From Schmidtea polychroa (taxonomy: Eukaryota), in contig CM097885.1 in NCBI GenBank assembly GCA_044892525.1, forward strand, positions 77,066,001 through 77,130,000: DNA of 64,000 nt. Direction: 5' to 3'. The notes beneath the pieces are model-generated. The model was given only the letters and a program-made list of their open reading frames with translations, searched no databases and was not told the DNA's origin. Positions 41,431 through 53,955 of this stretch are shown here, in pieces; position 1 is the first letter of the stretch; each line of letters opens with the position of its first letter. Made by a program: the position numbers and the translations under genes.

Positions 41431-42268
41431 TAATACTTCTCTGTGAGATTTTTAGAATCATTTTTAGTTGATTTTTAAAAGTGCTTAAATTTATTTAAGT
41501 AATTATATTTTGAGAGAACAAATAAGTCTACATCAAGAGAAGCAAAACAAAGAGATTCGGTCTGAAAGATCAATTAAATTTTGTATTAGAGTCAGTAGCG
41601 CGTTTACAGGAAGCAAGACCCTAAGTGCTAACATATTTTGGATCCTTCTTAAGTTGTAGACATGAGAATAATAAGAATACGCTCGGATTGTGGAAGTAAT
41701 TTTCAATCACAACCTTTTCTCATATACTGTATAATCTTGGGTATTCAAAATACCTAACTATTATGATTATTAATATTATTATTATTATTAATATTTTTAT
41801 TATTATTATAATCGTTTTCAACATGAAAAATCCCATTTAATACCCAACTGCGGCAGTGAGGAAGATCAACCGCAACCGCAACAGCAGCAGCAGCAGTAGT
41901 AGAATCAGCAGCAACAGTAACAGCAATAGCAGAACAAATGGGACGTACCATTCATGGACTATATTAGATTAATCCAACTGACTCAGTGATGCATAAATTA
42001 TCAGTCAATGTCCAATCAGACATTCAGTTTGACATATGGGATATTTGATAAGTCGCTGGGTAATAGTTTCTGATGAGGCCGGGACAGAAGCTACAGAGAC
42101 GGGTCATGCTGGTGTGTGTATGAGTTGGGGAAAAGCCAAGTATTGATTAAAATAATTATTTCCTAATGTGGCTACCAATAAATGGATTTCTAATCATTGT
42201 TTCCATATTCCAATACGTGACCGGGGAAAATTATTAAAATTTGTTTTATTTAAAAATTATCGATTTAC

Positions 42269-42782
42269 CTAAAGAGTTTTGCGATAAGCAATCCTCATCA
42301 GAATATTCATCATCCGTTAGTAATTCATCAGCAACGGGAGGCATGATGGGATTTTCCGCATCATTGGATACGTTTTGAGTTTCACTGTCTTCATCTTCAT
42401 CTTCATCAACACTCAGTAACGATTGTACTTTCCCCACTCTTTTATCAGGCAAAGAATCAGTACTGTCGTCTTCTTCGCTTTCAAGCGACTTTTGTCTTTT
42501 AGGTTTAAATAAAGAAACCGATGCATTTGTGGATATAGTTTCATCTGATTCTGAGTCTTCATTTTCAGTTCCTTTTTGATTTTTGATTTCTGTTTCCTCT
42601 TCATCCTCGTCATCGTCATCATCTTCTTCACCTTCATTGCTCTTTGTTGTAATCTTGGGCTTGGGAAGGATTGGTTCATTGTCTGTTACATCGTCATCAT
42701 CATCATCTGATGATTCAATAATTTTAGCTCTGCTGGTCTCGTCAGACCTCTCATCACTACTTGACAAAGTTATTTTGCTCAT
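42269..42782 (-). CDS. Highly acidic (Asp/Glu/Ser-rich) ORF, probable first exon of a host gene
   Basis: ATG at 42782 (MSKITLSSSDE...), about 170 open codons, and a donor G|GTAAAT at 42269/42268. Downstream exons were not resolved. Confidence 0.5.
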
Positions 42783-45700
42783 TCTGCTTATGGTCTCTAA
42801 ATATACTATCTGTATCAAAAAGTGATTTTATTTTAACAATGTAACACATAAAACAGTTTTGCCATCATTTTAAATAATTAAAATTTGAATTTTTTAACCA
42901 AGTTTGCCGACCCAAAAATGGACCCAAAGTAGAATGTCTACAAAAATTTATTTATTTTGGTATTTTACAGCAATTTATATATTCAAAATATTATTATAAT
43001 TTCAAATGTAATTATACCGGGAATTGTTATGAGATCCTATTACATAGGGGAAGGTCGAAAATGAAAATTTTATTTTCCATTTTTATTAATTCAATTTATC
43101 AAACATTATTAATATATTTTTCTGCCTGAAATGAAAATATTTTGTCAATGTCTAAACATTGAATAACAAATGAAATATATTATCTAGGTTATTACTTCTG
43201 TATCCACCTATCGGGTCATGATTCACAATATGCGCACCGGAAATAATATTATTTAATACAGGATTAATTAAACCCCATGATACATAACGCAAGCCGGACG
43301 GACATATATTAGAATTATCTAACGCGCTGCTGCAAATTGGTGAAATTTCCGCTTATAATCAGCCTATCGGAAATAAGTTCTTGTCTTGTCAACGACTAGA
43401 CAAATATCCTGTTTCAAGTAATACTTTTATTCTCCAATATCCTGAATAGGGGCTGATTCATCTGATTTATCGGTTGAATAATAAATTAGAATACGAGCGT
43501 AGAGAACACAAAAATATTAATAAATATTAAAACCAAAACCGTCACTCACTTGATTTGTTTATATAAATGCTATCATAATCTAACTATAATTTTATCTCTA
43601 CCAATTTTCAAACTCTCACCCGTAATCAAAGGGGCTTATTAATGCTGTCCAATAATAACCCAAGGACAATGACTAGAGTTGTCCTGACTACTAAAAACTC
43701 TACCAACTTCATTTTGGATTATTATTAAATTAGAGTCTACTAGTAACAATTGATTGTTGATATTTTCTTGCTATTCTTAGCCAATATCAAAATTTTTATT
43801 TAGTGCGTCATTCAAATATGAATCATTGAAAAAATGATTTAAAAAAACAATTAATAAAATTCTTTGTTTTAAAAATCTAATATTTTTTTCAATAAACCCC
43901 CGCATTTTTTAATTATAAAAATATACACGTGAAAATCAACAAATTAAATTTCAAATTTGAAATACTATTTGTATAGAAATGTGAAATAATTTCTTTAAAT
44001 TTTGTAAAAATTACATATTGACATTGCAAATCTATAATTATATATTGGTTAACAAAAATTAAATATCAATTACATAATATTATTAAATGAAATTATAAAA
44101 ATGAAGTCCAGCACTCAATGGCACGATACATTAGGCTAATGGTGTCAGAAATCAGTTTACACTCACCAATAAACCAAACATATCACGATTTGAAGTGCAT
44201 TTTAATATTTATTATTCATAACTTACTTCTTTCTGTGTCAGTTCGTTCATTTTTCTACGATTGAATTTCAAAATAGAAATTGATTTCAAATTGAAACGCA
44301 TTTTAAATAAAATAAATAAACTCTTCTGGTAACAGAGTAGCAGCCCAATTTATTGAATGAGCTGAACATACACAACCGATAGGAGTCTGAAGAATTCACG
44401 ATTATATAAATAGACATGCACAGTTACTGCATACATTTGTCGCTCAGCTGGTGTTGTGTTGCCATCTGCATCAATACTATTTATCGGCAGGCTATTGGCT
44501 GCACACCTACTTAGCGGAAGCGAATAAATTTATGTATGTCAATTGGTTTGTCGGTCGGTTTGTAACAATCCAAAATACCAACCAATATTCGATGAACAAA
44601 ATATTAGAAATTAAAGTTAACTCCAAACAATTATATGTTGCTCCAAATTTTTGCTGAATTCTAGCAAAACAGTTTATAGATCAGGGTAAAATATTTTTTG
44701 GGTTTCATTGAATTATTCTTTATTTAATTCTATTGATCATTCATTCGAATCTAATAAACGAATTGATTATAATAATATTTATTTAATAGTTTTTATTTAT
44801 TTTCCCGTTATTTTGCTTTATTTAATTTTTCGTTATTATGTAATTTAGGAAAATGACGTCGGAATTTTATAATGTTTATACATTGTAATTCTGGAACGTC
44901 TAATTTTGGTAGCTATGTCGTCAGGGCAATTCCTTGTTTTCGACGAATTCTTTATGATTCATTTCCCTGAGTTGAATGTTGAGTAATTCTGGTTATCTCG
45001 GGGTGCGTCACACACGTTTGTACAGTGTCGATTTCGTATTTTTTATACAGCTTATTTTAATTTAGAACTAATTTATATTTCATTTATAATTTGAATTAAT
45101 TAATAAATTTATGACTTCTTGGTGTAAATCTGTGTTTACTAGATAGGCAGTGCCGGTTTTGGAATATGTGAGGAATTGGGCAGCCCGTGGCCCAAATCTT
45201 TTCAGCGATGCATATTTTAGGAAAATTTATTTTTATTTCAAATTAATTAAAATTTATTGATCAATGTGTTATGGGAAAACATTTACACGCTTTGGGAAAG
45301 AATAAATTAAATTAATAGAAAGAAAGTTTACTGAAGTTATGCTTAGCAGTAATTTCAAAATTAAAATCGGGATAGCGTTGCCAAATGTCTCAATTAGTCA
45401 GGACGTCTGCCAACTTTAAATGTAAACAATGTATTTCAGAGTTTATTCTTCTTTTATTTATAAATGTATACTTTTCCAAATACTTGCAAGTTCTTTTTTG
45501 CATTTTCAAACAATGTGGATTTGACTTTTCAAATTTCCACAATTTTTTTCACTTCGCTTCAATAATAAAATTACTACTTTAATAATTCTCAAATAATATT
45601 CACCACGTTAAAAATCAATTTTCCACTTCAATTTATATTTTCATTTACCACTTTACAATTCTTTACCACTCTCAACAAATTTTCACCGACTTTTGTATTA

Positions 45701-45884
45701 CTTTGCTATTTTTCTCTTTTTTCATTTTAGTGTTTTGATTGATCGACAGCTGTATATATAAAATTATTATTTTATATTGCCTTTTAATTACTAAAATTTT
45801 TTTAATTACTAAATTTAGTTATTTTTTTCGATTGTTATATAATATAATTAAATTATTATTAAATAAAATGTTGACTTATATTAT

Positions 45885-45989
45885 TGTTGAGCTAGAACTG
45901 AATTCTTGACCCATATCTTAGAACTGTGACGGAATGTGGTGGTACACAACATGCATACCCCGCATTAAGTTTACTTAAAACTATATAAA
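45885..45989 (+). mobile_element. 5' end of LTR family A, truncated
   Basis: TGTTGAGCTAGAACTG...GCATTAAGTTTACTTAAA aligns at roughly 80% by eye with the reverse complement of 51878-51983. Confidence 0.75.
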
Positions 45990-46190
45990 TGTTGGGTTAT
46001 TGGGTTGGTGATAAATTTAAATGTTACTCGGACTCCAAGCGTGTCTTTGACTGCCACACAAATAACAATTAACACTGGAAACTTTATTGAATATCACAAA
46101 TATCTTCACACTGATACAATTGACTCAACAAGCTAACTATTATACCGTGCTTATTACAACATTATGGTGAGGAATAGAAAAATCGTATAA
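45990..46190 (-). mobile_element. LTR family B terminal fragment
   Basis: TGTTGGGTTATTGGGTTGGTGATAAATTTAAATGTTACTC matches 54660 onward. Confidence 0.8.
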
Positions 46191-46199
46191 CTTTGATTT

Positions 46200-46796
46200 G
46201 GCAAATCTCTCTCGGTCCGATTGGAAGTCTTGCTTTCTTTCCGTAAATGGCCGAGAATCGTTTGAGGAGTCTAGACAAGCGATTAAAGAAGGACAATAGG
46301 TTAAAAGGAAGTTACAAAAGTGTACTTGATGATTACACGCGGAAAGGGTATATCAGGTTATTAGCGGAGAAGGAATTTTGTCAGACGAAATGGTTGTTGC
46401 CACATTTTCCTGTGGTAAAGATGGACAAGAAAACAACCAAGATTAGAATAGTTTTTGATACAGCAGCGAAAAACAATGGTTTCAATTTAAATGATGCCAT
46501 AGAACAAGGTCCAAAGCTACAAAATGATTTATTCGAGATATTGTTGCAATTCAGAAGGTTTCCTGTAGCGATTGCTTGTGATATACAAGAGATGTATTTA
46601 CAGATAAAGGTAAACACGGATGATTGGAAATATTTAAGGTTTATGTGGACTGAAAATGGAGAAACTGAGGGATTTGAATTCGAAAGTCTAATCTTCGGAC
46701 TAAACATATCTCCGTTTCTAGCGCAGTTGGTCACGAGGCATAACGCTGGGAAGTTTCAGAAGAAGTTTCCAATAGCGGCTGGAACAATAATAGAGT
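46200..46796 (+). mobile_element. BEL/Pao RT, N-terminal half (left part of the split element)
   Basis: WLLPHFPVVK..TTKIRIVFD, LNDAIEQGPKLQNDLFEILLQFR, DIQEMYLQI, IFGLNISPFLA; ends GTIIE. Confidence 0.92.
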
Positions 46797-48079
46797 TGGT
46801 GGGTTACAGGTAATCCAAAGTTTCTACCTACTTGTGCTGTTTCCAGCGTAACCCAGAATACAATTGACAGCTGACCACTTGATACCCGTTGAGCAATCAA
46901 CGTTGGTACTGTATCAAGGGTTTGAGTACTAGCAAAAAGTGAGCATGCTTAGCATACTATAATTGTCTAGCACCCACTGGGGTTCACGGTCTGCCGATAG
47001 AAGGCTTATGTCCGATTTCTTATTCTTAATTAAATTGTTTTCCAAAAATCTAGAAACTCTCACCATCTCATCAGACTGATATCAAACAAACCCGCGAAAT
47101 TAAACAATTTTATTGATACCCTTATATACTCATTATACGCTTATGTACCTTCCTGTGCGTCCCCATACGAAAACCTAATTGTCTATGACATAAAAATACA
47201 AGTTAAAAACTGATGATAACGGTGGTTCCTAATTTAATCTATGCTCCACCAATAAAAATGTATTCTACATTCTAATAAAAAAAATTACTATATTGAAATA
47301 TTCTCAATTTGTTTTTTGTTTTTTTTACCTTGTTTAGGTTCGGAATTTCCTTAAACCCAAAAAAAATTTATTAATTATGGGAGTTCATTAGATATTAACC
47401 TGTGTTTATCTATGGCAACAGGATTACAAGTAAATATAATTGTTTCAAATTTATTTATATTATATATTAGAATTATTATATTTAGATTTATTAAATTTAT
47501 TAGCCAAGTAAATTAGGCTTACAGTCGTAGGTAAGTTGTTGCAATCCAACATGGATTCTCTCCTTACCCGTCTGGCAAGTCTGATTCTACCGGAATATTC
47601 AGTTGGCCTAGGTTAATTTTTCCTTTAGGTTCTTTATATTAACTTGCAACATAATGGTCGATCTTGCATTATGAGGCAATTTTTTATGATACAATATTTT
47701 ATGATCTTAAGGATTACACTAAATCTCGGTTGGATGTTTGGCCGTGCTCCTTGACCCTTGGTAGTTTTAATTCTTCAGTCGGATTTCCCCAATTTCATGC
47801 TTCGGTGCTGAGGATAATAATCTGGCACTATCGAATCCAGTTTTTATTTTAAAAATTTCAGAATTATTCGACGGACAATATTTAGGTTTGGACCTATTCA
47901 GTTGGCTACCATCGCTCTTATTCAATCTCGTTATTCTATTCTATATCATTTAGTTGGGTTTAACAATCATTCTACCCTTGGTAATATGTTTTTTTTAATA
48001 AAAAAATGGTTTATCTTTTGATTGTCGCTAGACACACTATCATTAATTGGTGTTATTACATGTATTTTGACAAGTATAT

Positions 48080-49900
48080 AATTTGAAGGAGGGGGGGGGT
48101 GTTAGGGATATTTAAATAATTAATTTATAAATAAAATATATATTATATTATAAGAAAAAGTATAATAAGTATAAAAGCTGGCACGCATAATTAGCATTAT
48201 TATTTAATTAATTAATTCGCATTTCAATCGGGTGTTTTAATAATACCAGATTTAGGCAATAATTTGTATTTTGTATTTTGTATTAAAAATAAATATTTAT
48301 AGATTATTAACTGCTTATTATTAACAGGGGGTATTTCGGGAAATTACAAATTATATTTTTTAAGTTTAAGATTTATACATATGATTTGAATTAGTCATGT
48401 TACGTTATTTTGCTATGTTATAGCGTAACGGGGTCTTCGTGAAAATTATAAGTGATTTTTATAAGGTTACAACATATATATACATATATACACACACATA
48501 TATACATATATATATATATATACACGCACACATACCTATATATGGATATAATTTAAATTAATAATATTGATGTCGTTTTCCGGGGGGTGTTACTAAAAAT
48601 AGATTTTAGTGGTTTTCCGTAATTTTATTGGAAGATAGGGTCATTGAAGCTAAATTTAGAGATAGGGTAATCCCAAAATCGATAATTTGGTTTATAATTT
48701 TATTTTCATGAAATNNNNNNNNNNNNNNNNNNNNNNNNNNNNNNNNNNNNNNNNNNNNNNNNNNNNNNNNNNNNNNNNNNNNNNNNNNNNNNNNNNNNNN
48801 NNNNNNNNNNNNNNNNNNNNNNNNNNNNNNNNNNNNNNNNNNNNNNNNNNNNNNNNNNNNNNNNNNNNNNNNNNNNAAGATTACCACATATGGGGGGAGG
48901 GGTCATTTACGAAAAATTATGAATTTATATTTTTAAATGAAATATAATTTAACTGTCTATGAATATGATATAATTCATTATATCTAAGAAATGATTAATT
49001 GCTACATGATTTGAGGGGGGGGTCATTTATGAATATTTACAATTTATATTTTAAAATATAATATAAGTTAAATATATATTAAGATAAGCTAATTTAGTAT
49101 GCTTAGTTAACGGATAATGACTGCATGATTTTGAGGGGGGTCATTCATAAAAATTTACAATTTATATTTTTAAATATAATATAAGTTAAATGTATATTAA
49201 GATAAGCTAATTTAGTATATTTAGGTGGTAGTTGATGACTATATGGTTTATGGGGGGGGTCTTTAATGAAAAATTTTCAACTATGATTTTAAAGGTAATA
49301 TAAGTTAAGTATATATATAAAATAGTCTAAGTTAATGCTTTAAGGGAGTGGTTAATGGTTATATGATTTAAGGGAAAGTTATTTATGGAAAAATTATAAA
49401 TTATAGTTTTATAAATTTGGTATCTGTACATATATATGTTAATTTATATTGTTTTCGACTATTCGGTAACTTAGGGGGTAGTTAGGGAAAGTTTAATAAT
49501 TTATAATTTTATGGATTTATTTTCAATTTATAAATAAGTTAAATCAGCACTCTTGACATAAATTTGAGCTACCATACTATTTGAGGGAGGCATCTGTGAA
49601 AAAAGGTAAATCATACTTTTATAAGTTCTAATATGCTTATGTATGCTTTATATTATTAACATTAGCCCCCTTTTGATTATGATATAACTTAGGTGGGGTA
49701 CTAATGAAAGATTACAAATTATACTTTATAAGTTCAAAATGTGCAATTATAGTTTGGAATATTTCTTTGAACATGTGTTTTGGCTATTATACAACCTGAG
49801 TGGGTATTTAGGGAAAATTTTATAAATTATAGTTTTATGAGTTTATTATACATGTATGTATTTTAGATTAATATTTTTAACATTGATTTTGACTATTATA
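48080..49900. repeat. Degenerate ~105-122-bp tandem array with a G-run head (GGGGGGGTCATTTATGAA...)
   Basis: Unit heads at about 48890, 49015, 49135, 49252, 49370, 49474, 49583, 49692 and 49798, with weaker units at 48086-48580. Confidence 0.8.
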
Positions 49901-50799
49901 CATGTTGAGGTCTCAATAATATTTATTGAAACCCAACGTGCACTGGTTATAACTATATAAATATATAAATATGAAAACACCAAGGCCAAATTTGTAACTA
50001 AAATTTATTAATATAAAATTTTTTACCAATTCAAATTATCGGCTTGAATATCTTCAAAATCAATCTCTCGTTTCAAACTCTTTTACAATCAATTATTCAC
50101 TTCAAACTCTTTTTGATTTACTTTCACGATGCGTGTTGTGTTTTGTGTGTGCGTGTTATATGTGCGTGTTGTGTTGCTTGTGATAACCTTTAGACGTTTT
50201 TGTAGTGTCTGTCTGATTTTTATGCTTTGTAAGGATTTACCTTCTAAAGCGGTACTAATCGCTTATTTTTTGGGCGAATTTTGTGATTTTGGGTTCAGTA
50301 TATATACTGAATTTTTGTTTATTTAATCTATAGAATAAAATTCCATTTATTTGTTCTTATATAATATTTATATTTAAATGGATTTAAAATTACTTTTCTT
50401 GTTTATTTAATAAATTGTTTTTTTATTTATTCAGAATTTATATTTCCCTTTTGTGAATTATTTAAATGTAATTGCAACCATAAAGATATGAATTAAAATA
50501 TAAATTATTATAATATATTGTACAAAAGGATATAAGAGTATAAATTACTACGTTGTAAAAAAATAAAATATGAATTACTACAATATAAAAAATAAAATGT
50601 GAATCTATACAGCATATACTAGAAAGATAAAAAAATGAAAGATATAAATTACTACAATCTAAAATAAAATATGCAGCTTATACCATATACAATAAAATAA
50701 AGATGAGGATATAAATTGTTATAAAATATACAATCCCAAAGATTCATTATTGTTAGAAGGATTAAATCACATTTGTCTCTTAATATAGTAATTGTTAAA

Positions 50800-51436
50800 T
50801 CACGCTTGATTGTTTGGGAACAGTCTTCTTTCTGCGAATATATTCACCCGGTATCGATTCGGGCCTGTTTGATAATACTTTGTTAACTCGAATTTTTCAA
50901 TTCTTCGACCCCTATCATCCAACATTCCTCCCAGGGCCGTCAAGGTAATGTCCTCATTACCTTTATCGCAGATTACTAATTCGATCTCACAATCACTTGC
51001 TTTCATCACTGTTCTCCGAAATCCTTTTTCCAAAGCCAAATTCAGTATGTCTCCGTTGTTAATTCGTCTTCCGAAATGACGACATATGTCTTTCTCTGAG
51101 ATCATACCTTTGTCCTTTTCAATTATAAAGTTCGGCTCTTCTAACGCGATATTTGGCTCTGGTCCCAATTCCTCCTCTACTTCTTCTATTTGCATTTTAT
51201 AATCGTCCTCCGTCTCTTCTTCTATTGAGAAATATTCTTTGTCTGAATCCAGGTCGCATTGTATCTCTCCAAATTTACTGCTAGTCCCTGGTTCTCTTTT
51301 GATAGTTGTAGGCTGAATTGTACTATTTTCTTGCTTCACAAAAATAAGATCGTCGTCGCTATCGTCGTCCATTAACTCGTCCTCAAATGTTCTCCGCCTT
51401 CTATCTTTTAGAAATTTTAATTCTACTTGCGATGGC

Positions 51437-51505
<69 letters not shown>

Positions 51506-51747
51506 TTATCGTCTAATTCTGGCTCATCACTGGTTTCTCTCCTCTCACTGAGTTGATAGCCCTGGTTATTTTCGTCTTTTTGAAATTGTGTCATCTCCCA
51601 ATGTATGACTTCTTCCCATTGTTTTTCCACAATTTGGTAAATCACCTTTAAAATGAGGGTGGTATCTTCTGTTGAAAATGGTTCTGGTCTTTTCAGGATC
51701 TCATTGATTTTCTTGTCCTTTCGCCATTTTTGATGGGTTGCTATCAC
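50800..51747 (-). CDS. Orphan 315-aa acidic protein inside the 5.2-kb insertion, with an in-frame (TA)n-derived (IY)n tract
   Basis: Long stop-free ORF that stays open ~35 codons further upstream. It starts at GTG; an ATG near 51858 lies out of frame. Confidence 0.6.
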
Positions 51748-51983
51748 TTGGAATGCTAGGTTTGATAATCGTATTTTGTGTGGTGCGATGTTCTTTTCGT
51801 GTTTTATTTTATTTTTAATTCAGATGTTTTATTTTTGGGTATATTATCTCTCTATTATCATTGTTTACTTGGTGTTTTATATATTTTTATTTAAGTAAAC
51901 TTAATGCTGGGTATGCGTGTTGTGTACTGACACATTTCGTCCCATTCCTAACTTTGGGTTCAGAAATCAGTTCTAGCCCAACA

Positions 51984-53955
51984 GAGTCCACGTACATGGA
52001 TGATAAGATGGATTCCTTTCAGTCGGTGAAGGAAGCAGTTAGGGTCAAGGACGAAATAATTGATATCTGGGAACATGCTGGAATGTTAACGAACAAGTGA
52101 AAAAAGGTGCTAGAAACGATTCCTGTGGAAAGGAGATCAAAGATCTTAAGCTTGAACGATGGAAACCTGGTAGCAGTAAAAACTCTTGGACTCGTTTGGA
52201 TTGCGACAGAAGATAAATTTGGTAACGAAATTCAGCGTTAGACGAGAAGCTCATAATGGAGGTATGTGCCAACGAAGGAAAACGTCGCAGATTTGCTACC
52301 AAGGGGAATGAGGGCCGAGTAACTTAGAGAAGGAACAAGGTTTCTACAGAAGGAGGGGGAAAGTTGGCCAAAGTGGAGAAGCAAACGACTGCAAGAGACT
52401 AAGAATCAGACCTGGACTCAGAGCTCTTACCTTACTATGACAAATAATGATTCACGACCAGTGTGGAAGACAAGTTGTTTAAATTCAAGGACCTATTCTA
52501 ACTGGAGAAGACTGGTGCGCACGAGACCTTGGCTCAATAGATTCGTTGAAAACCTTAAACAAGAAAAAACGAAACGGCCAAATGGGGACCTTACTAGTGA
52601 AAAAATTGAAGATGCAGGAATCGTATTGATTCTTGAAGATCAGAAGAGTGAATTTTCCAGAGAATGGAAAGACATTAAAAGTGGCAGATTCGTAGAGATA
52701 AAAAGCACACTAAGTTCGTTGTCCCCCAAGATTTGGGACGATGGAATAATCCGGAGTGGGACTCGATTAGCAAATGCAACTTGGATGGACCCGATGACGA
52801 AGTACCCGATAATACTCTCAGGGAAAAGTTAGGTTGCTCGGTTAATAGTGTCAGAGATACATCAGTCATTGAAACATTATGGAGAAATGGAATATTTGCG
52901 GACAAAAGTGAAAGAAAGGTATTGGGTTGTTGGTTAAAAAAATACGGAAAGAATATGTGGTTTGTCAAAGAAAGAGAGCAAAACCAATGGAACAAATTAT
53001 GGCACCAATTCCTGGTTTTAGAGTAAATGAACCTTTGAAAGCGTTTAAAAAGGTTGCAGTGGATTACGCGGAGCCAATGACAACGGTCCAGGTACGTGGG
53101 AATCATAGAGCGAAGCGGTATCTCTGCATATTTACCTATCTCATAACAAGGGCGTGCATTTAGAAATGTCATATCATCTAGATACCGAGAGCTTTATATG
53201 TGTATTCAAAAGATTCATTGCACGTCGCGGAACACCCTTGTTAATATTGTTTGACAATGGAACGAATTTTGTAGGGGCAGCTAGTGAAATTGAGAAAGTG
53301 GAGATTGATACGTACTCAATCCAAAGTGCTCTTAAAAATGATAGAATAAAGTGGATCTTTAACCCGCCTTGTGCACCCCACTTTGGAGGGGTTTTTGAGA
53401 TACTAGTGAAAGAAGCAAAAAGGGCTTTATTTGCAATTGCTGGAGTTGCAAACTGTCATTGTGGAGGCAGAAGACATTGTGAATAGTAGGCCGTTGACAA
53501 CTGTTAGTGAAGATCCGGAGGAAGAAGAAGTGTTGACACCTAACCATTTCATCAAGCCAGTTCACAAGAGGTTTATCAAGGAAGAGATAGAACTAAAGGG
53601 AACGGTGATAAAAAAGACATGGAAGCTGATTCAAGACTTAAAGGAGAAATGGAGACAACAGATTGTGATTGGATGGAGGGACCGAAAAAAATTGACAAAG
53701 GATGGAAAAGATTTAAAATCCGGAGATTTAATTTGGCTATTGGATGATGGATTGTGTAAGATGTGGAAGTTTGGGCGAGTAGTGGAAGTCTGTCCCGGCG
53801 AAGATGGACACATCCGAGTGTTAAAATTATTTTGTAAAGGAAAAGAGTTATTTAGACCAATAACTATGGTTTGTTCCCAAGAGTTAAATATGGTTGTTGA
53901 TCTGCTGGAAGGGATCAAGGAGAGGGGTAGTCTCATTGAGGAGAGCCGAGCATAA
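51984..53955 (+). mobile_element. BEL/Pao pol, right part (YMDD, deleted RNase H, integrase, DUF5641-like tail)
   Basis: STYMDD, WRYVPTKENVAD, CQRKRAKPMEQIMAP, VAVDYA, FIARRGTP..DNGTNFVGA, APHFGGVFE, LTPNHF, GRVVEVCPGEDGHIRV. Confidence 0.92.

Larger units (their letters stand above)
46797..51983 (-). mobile_element. ~5.2-kb TG...CA insertion with 4-bp TSD (giant solo LTR or non-autonomous LTR-like element)
   Basis: TSD GAGT at 46793-46796 and 51984-51987; termini TGGTGGGTTA / TGTTGGGCTA (reverse complement). Removing it restores the BEL frame I-I-E-S-T-Y-M-D-D. It contains an N-gap. Confidence 0.85.

Noticed and set aside
41860-42230. Alternative genetic code (TAR=Gln and/or TGA=Trp), suggested by stops inside poly-Q and several long frames
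   Set aside because: The host SNX exons (261 aa, many Gln and Trp) use no in-frame TAA/TAG/TGA and end in TGA. Stops in TE copies correspond to TGG or CAG in sister copies or the consensus, so they are mutations.
48606-48947. ORFs spanning the second N-gap
   Set aside because: They are open only because of the Ns.
48080-49900. Repeat-spacer appearance suggesting a CRISPR array
   Set aside because: Whole units are degenerate copies of each other with no unique spacers, there are no cas genes, and the context is eukaryotic.
46792-51986. Alternative boundary readings with TSD AGAG or AGA
   Set aside because: The GAGT reading gives canonical TG...CA ends and matches the start of the sister copy at 45885.
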